In this document: positions 58,557 through 64,000 of the stretch, piece after piece
Numbering within the stretch: position 1 is the stretch's first letter
Layout: each line of letters starts with the position of its first letter
Source: the human T2T-CHM13v2.0 reference genome, Homo sapiens
NCBI RefSeq assembly: GCF_009914755.1
Contig: NC_060927.1
Strand: one strand, 5' to 3'
Length of the DNA: 64,000 nt
The notes under the pieces: model-generated
Databases searched by the model: none
Seen by the model: the letters and a program-made list of their open reading frames with translations, nothing else
What the model was told of the DNA's origin: nothing
Position numbers and translations under genes: made by a program

Positions 58557-59499
58557 GTGATTGTTCCTAAAAAATGCAAAACACACACACACAATATAGT
58601 AGACCTGCAGAATTTGATTTTATCCTGGCTATTCAATTTTCATATCAAATAGGTCACTATAGAAAAGCGGCTTCATTTAGAGAGTTATTCTTGCTTTTTC
58701 AAAGGCTTTGTAATAGTATTTGAAAACATCAGCTCTTTTCAATAGTATTGAATTCAATTTAAAAAGATTTATACTGTCACTCACATTTTCACACAGTGCT
58801 CTGCAATGAGAAATTTGCAGTAGTTGGATTAACATCAAAACATAATTGTAATCTTTGGTATTCACAGAAACAGATGACATGTGCAATAGATTCTCCTCTC
58901 CTTGCCCAAAGGAAAATGCACTTCATGGTCTGTATGTTAATGTGAGCCTTGTGGATTAGCTACCCAAAGTTTGTCAATAGTTTGCCTGCTTAAAAAAGAT
59001 AGTACTTTTTTTGTGAAGATGGAAGCATTTTTTTCCAAAGAATATCACAAAAGCATGATTCACCTTAATTAAGTCTCTGTTCATCCATCTTTTGGACTTC
59101 AATCCTTCTAATCTTTCTCAGAATTGTGTCTCAGGAAACTGTTTCTCTGTGGATCTAAACCTGTTGGGACATTTTACCTTCATTTACAAATTATTTATGC
59201 ATTATTCGGAGCTATTTGAAAGCCTCTAGAATGGCTTACTTGAGGTAATTATTACATTAACAAAATAATGGCTGGAAAGTACGGTAAAATCTGCCTTGCT
59301 CTTCAAATATAAATGTTCCTCAGAAGGGGTGCTTAAATTATGTTTGTATAGGCTCAACTTTAGATATGCAATATCTTAATTTTTAATAGCATTGAGTAAT
59401 ATTTGGCTTTATGTTTCTCTGCAACCACACAGAAAATATTTTAATTCTTACTTATTATGTGTCTAATTCATCTTGGTTTAGTTTTAAGCCAAGAATTTA

Positions 59500-59718
59500 G
59501 AGAGAATAGTATAGCCTTGGGAATGAGATGGAAGCCCTGACTCTGACACTTACTCGACAAATTATTTAACATCTTTCAAAATGATTTTACAAATGAAGTA
59601 CTTTGGTATATTTAGGGACTCTACAGAGCTGTGGTGAGGATTAAATGAGACTATGCCTGTAGAGGGTTTAGCTAACCTTGAGCAGATAATAAGTCCCCAC
59701 TATTGCAGTTATTATTGT
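59500..59718 (+). mobile_element. MIR
   Basis: tgactctgacacttact...gctgtggtgaggattaaatgaga. Confidence 0.6.
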
Positions 59719-60513
59719 CTGATTGTAAGTACAACATATTAATGGGGTAATTTCTAAACTTTTTAGATAGGAACACATCAGTAGAAGGGAGTAGTTTGTT
59801 AATTGTTGAGGAAAACACATTTATCAGGCTGAGGAGGTGGAATTTGATGAGGATCAGCTGGAGGATCTGAGGTGTTAATAGGGAGAAGATTTTGAAACAG
59901 GGACCAGTGAAATTCTAAGAAGAACCGTATTATCCTAAGGCTAAAGTCTATCTAACAGAACTGGCTTAGTCTGAAGGATCCAATCGTTTTCAAATTATAC
60001 CCAGAATATCTAACTCCCACCATCAAAATCATTTGTATTATTTATCTCCAAAAAAAGAATTAAAATGGAGTCCCCTATGCTTTATAATAAATGACCTTGT
60101 TGATATTGCTTTAGTGGGAGAATTTTTAAAATGGATTTATCCCTTACAAAATGTGAATGCTTGAGATGAAATAATTTTTTTGAACTCTCTGAGGAACAGA
60201 ATACCCTTTGCTTTCTGTGTTAACCTATAATAGATATTGGTATACAGCTATTAAGAGGAATTTTAAATATTAAAAAAAGGCCTTACCCATGATGTAAAAA
60301 ATATTTATCCTATATCAATTAGTAAAGCAGGTAAGGAAATTAGAGCTTTTTTTATGAAGTCACAGTTACAAATATATACGGAAAATAGATTGGTAGATTT
60401 GGAATTAGGAGGCCTGAAATTTTAAATCGCTTCATGTTAATGGTCCAGTTACATTGGTTTCTGGGCTTCTGCTTTTTTTTAAAAAATCCGTATCTTATTA
60501 AAAACAAAATAAG

Positions 60514-60822
60514 AATAGGTGCAACGGTTCATGCCTGTAGTCCCAGCACTTTAGGAAGCCGAGACGGGCAGATTGCTTGAGCCCAGGAGTTTGATACCTG
60601 GGCAACACGGTGAAATCTTATTTCTACGCAATAATACAAAAATCAGCTGGCCGTGTTTGCAGGTGCCTATAGTCCCAGCTACTGGGGATGGTGGGGAGGG
60701 CTGTGATGGGAGGATCGCTGGAGCCCTGGAGGGGGAGGTTGCAGTGAGCCAAGATCACACCACTGCACTCCAGCCTGGGTGACAGAGTGAGACACTATCT
60801 CAAAACAACAACAACAACAAAA
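60514..60822 (+). mobile_element. AluJ
   Basis: gattgcttgagcccaggagttt; (CAA)n tail. Confidence 0.88.
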
Positions 60823-60854
60823 GAAGCCCATAATATCTACCACTTATTGCTTAT

Positions 60855-61085
60855 TTACCACTTATTGAGTACTTGCCATGCTAAGCATTTTATACCCCTT
60901 ATATCATTTATTATTTAAAACATCACTATAAATTAGCTTTTATTATTAACTCTGTTCATGCTGAGAATGAAATGGAATTTAAAAGCTAGTAGCTTTTCCA
61001 AGGTCGTAAAGATTAATAAATGGCCAAGACAGATGTTGATCTAAGATATGTTTGACAGTAAGCCTATGTTCTCAACTATTATACC
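60855..61085 (-). mobile_element. MIR
   Basis: cttattgagtacttgccatgctaagcatttt...tccaaggtcgtaaag. Confidence 0.6.
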
Positions 61086-61567
61086 AAAGACTGCAAATTG
61101 GAAGCCCAAGGGCAAGAGATAGTCTATCAATATATTTTGTTTGACCTATAAGTTACTGAAAAATTGAATGTCTGGAAATATTGTGTACTTTTTCTCCACG
61201 GAAACAATCAACTAAATGGGCACTGCTCACTAGCCTGCCATGTTGTTTGTCCAAGAGTGCAGTTAAGAAGAAAATTTTCTTCAACACCTGTTTCTGTCAA
61301 AGATTAGAAGATGAATACTCAACTAAGGGTCAAATGTTTCACCAGACTTGTGTCACTTATAGTATCTGTGTGGCCCCTGTAGGGACTGAGCTCATTATCT
61401 CTGCACTCACTTTAGTAAAAGAGTTAAAGTGAATAATTTTATAGCTGCTTCCACTTTCAAAGGGTGTTTTCTAAGAGAGTTAATTTTATTATTATATCCA
61501 TGGTTTTGAAGAAATCATCTATTTGACATTTATTTGGGTGATTATAATGCAAATCTTAGAATTACTA

Positions 61568-61603
61568 TTATCTATCTATCTATCTATCTATCATCTATCA
61601 TCC
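61568..61603. repeat. (TATC)n tetranucleotide repeat
   Basis: tatctatctatctatctatctatcatctatcatc. Confidence 0.9.
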
Positions 61604-63194
61604 AGTGAGATTGATCATGGATCTATTATATTCAATTTCAACAAGTGAATCATGATAATAGGTGAAAAATTGAACTGTAGGAAAATAAACTAGTGCAATA
61701 GAGGCCAATTTTTATGGACATGTCAAAAAAACATGACATTTTGTAATATCTATCCCCAATATTTCAAGCTATTCCACATTCCCACCAATGGCTTTTACCT
61801 GTAGTTTCTCTGGATGCAAACACATTGCATAAAATTGCTTAAAACACCTTTGATCTTTAGCTTTTCTTGGCCTCTATACTCTAATTTTCCAATAATTAAC
61901 TTTTGCAAATGCATTGCGATCTATGGATTTGCCAAATGTTAGAATGATTCCTTCTCATAAAATAGTGCCTTGTTAATTGAAACATTTCCAGTTGTAAGCT
62001 TCATTTAAATAAGGTTTTAGATTTATTAACACCATTGCACCTGTTGTGAGAAGCATTCTGTACAGATTAAATACAATGCGGAGAATGTCAAAAAGGAAAA
62101 GACAGATGCTTTCTGATTAAGAGTGCAATATTTATGGCAGTCTGGTGATCCAATGCACATTTCCTCTGTCACTTAACAGCTGTTTTACATTTTTGTTTCA
62201 ATCAGTATTTTTATTCTCTACAGGGCATGCCAGAGGGTCTATCTTTCTTAGTATATCAGAAGATCAATCCATGCCCTAGCAAGCTTCATATCATAAATTG
62301 AAGCTCTGATTCCTCACTCTGTTTAACCTTATACTTTTCGCTGTTCTGTTTGAAACATTCTATTTTAAACCCAATTTACCTCTATAATAGAGCATTTAAC
62401 ATTTAAATAATAATGAGATAAAAGAGTATTATAGCTTTTATGTAGCAGGAGTCATGGCATAATTGTTTCAATATCATTTAATAACCCAGGGACAGAAATT
62501 CAAGTACCGTAGGTATTTTGAAACTCTTACTAAATTTTTTTAAAGCTAGATAACTTTGATACCAATTCTAATTTTTAAAGCAATATACAGCAGTATGTAA
62601 TTATGCCTCTGTGTGTGTGTGTGTGTGAATTTTAACATTGAGGTAATTCTATGAGATAAAAGTAATAAAAGTAGTTCATTTGTGCAAATATAATACAGAT
62701 ACAGTTTGACAATACACATATACAGATGTTGGAACAGTGTAACTCATAGTTTACCTGCTGATTTTTCATGTTTTACTTTAAGTAGAAGAATTTGTTACTT
62801 TCATTACATTTCAGTCTTTCATTACATTTTCTATTTGGAACTGAGTCATAATCAATGTTAGGTAAACAGAAATAGTTCCAAAGTCCTTTAAAAGTTCTTG
62901 ATTTAAGGAAACAAAATGGTTACATTTAACTGTGTATACGTTCTACTGATGTTTTGCAGTATCTGATGAAATCTGTTTCATGTGGGTAACTACAAAACTT
63001 ATATAAAGTCACTTAAGAATGAAATTTTACCTTTTCTACTTCAAAGTGTGCCAGTTGTAAACAAGATGAAAAGGGGTTCATTGGTGTTCTCTCTAGATCA
63101 TTATCTTTCTTTGTAACTTATTTTTTTAAAAATTTCTTACAATATGGTATTTAGATATATGTCATTATTATTTTCAGATCAGACTTGCTTCATT

Positions 63195-63930
63195 TAGTGC
63201 TGGGGTTCTCACATATTTTGGTCTAAAAATCCATTTACCCTCAAAAGTACCAAAGATTCCTCAAAACAGAGTTTTGATTATATGGTAATATCTACATAGT
63301 AGAAACTAGAAGTGAGAAAAATACATAATATTTATTTTAAAATTATTTCATAATATCAATAACTAAATTAGTATTACATTGTTATAATTATTAGCAATAT
63401 AAATAAATCTAATACAAACTAATGAAAATAACTTATTTTATTAAAAAATATTAACCAAGACAAAAATATAAATGAGAAGAGTGATGTTATCTTACAGTTT
63501 CAAAAATCTCTTTAAAAAAGGCTGAATAGGCCGGACGCGGTGGCTCATGCCTGTCATCTCTGCCCTTTGTGAGGCTGAGGCGGGAGGATCACCGGAGGTC
63601 AGGAGATCGAGACCAACCTGAAGAACATGGTGAAACCCCATCTCTACTAAAAATACAAAAATTAGCTGGGCGTGGTGGCGAGTGCCTGTAATCCCAGCTA
63701 CTCAGGAGGCTGAGATAGAAGAATCACTTGAATCCTGCAGGCGAAGGTTGCAGTGAGCCGAGATGGCGCCACTGCACTCCAGCCTGGGGGACAGCGTGAG
63801 ACTCTGTCTCTAAATAAATAAATAAATAAAGCCTGAATACAAGACAATTGGATTTTCATACCTGTTCCTGCATTATCTTTTGTAATATGTTGTTTTATTG
63901 TAAAAGTATGAAGAAAAATCTGCTCCAATA
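63195..63930. mobile_element. hAT DNA transposon relic, split by an Alu
   Basis: ggggttctcacatattttggtct...gagttttgattatatgg; continues after the Alu. Confidence 0.5.
63529..63827 (+). mobile_element. AluS
   Basis: Full dimer, (TAAA)n tail, TSD aaaggctgaata/aaagcctgaata. Confidence 0.9.
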
Positions 63931-64000
63931 TTTTATTCATATAATGACAAGTATTTTTCTTTGGAGCTACATTGAAACTTAATGAGTATTAGTTTCCTAA

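Larger units (their letters stand above)
58557..64000 (+). other. NAALADL2: NAALADL2 intron downstream of the exon (partial)
   Basis: Begins with GT donor; no further exon seen. Confidence 0.85.

Overview
Human, AT-rich intronic DNA from the very large gene NAALADL2 (3q26, + strand). One real coding exon is present at 58410-58556 (147 nt, phase 0-0, KNNFNCTRR...EDIKTLE; from memory exon 10); it is absent from the ORF track. The rest is intron filled with transposable elements: a near full-length, coding-dead HERV-L provirus with MLT2A1 LTRs (10492-16856, minus strand); solo LTRs (LTR9, MER39B nested in an MST-type LTR, LTR10, THE1, MLT1, MLT2); L1PA and L1MA copies; about 13 Alus including a human-specific AluYb8; L2/MIR relics; and Tigger/hAT DNA-transposon relics. 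I found no convincing previously undescribed biological system. The most notable items are structural: a 5'-inverted AluY with a 22-bp TSD, a twin-primed L1 missing about 2 kb, a tandem-plus-inverted triplication around LTR10, a perfect 43-bp AT palindrome in HERV-L gag, loss of the DUX4-motif segment from only the 5' LTR, and inverted Alus around the symmetric exon. Repeat subfamily names come from remembered consensus sequences and need RepeatMasker/Dfam confirmation.
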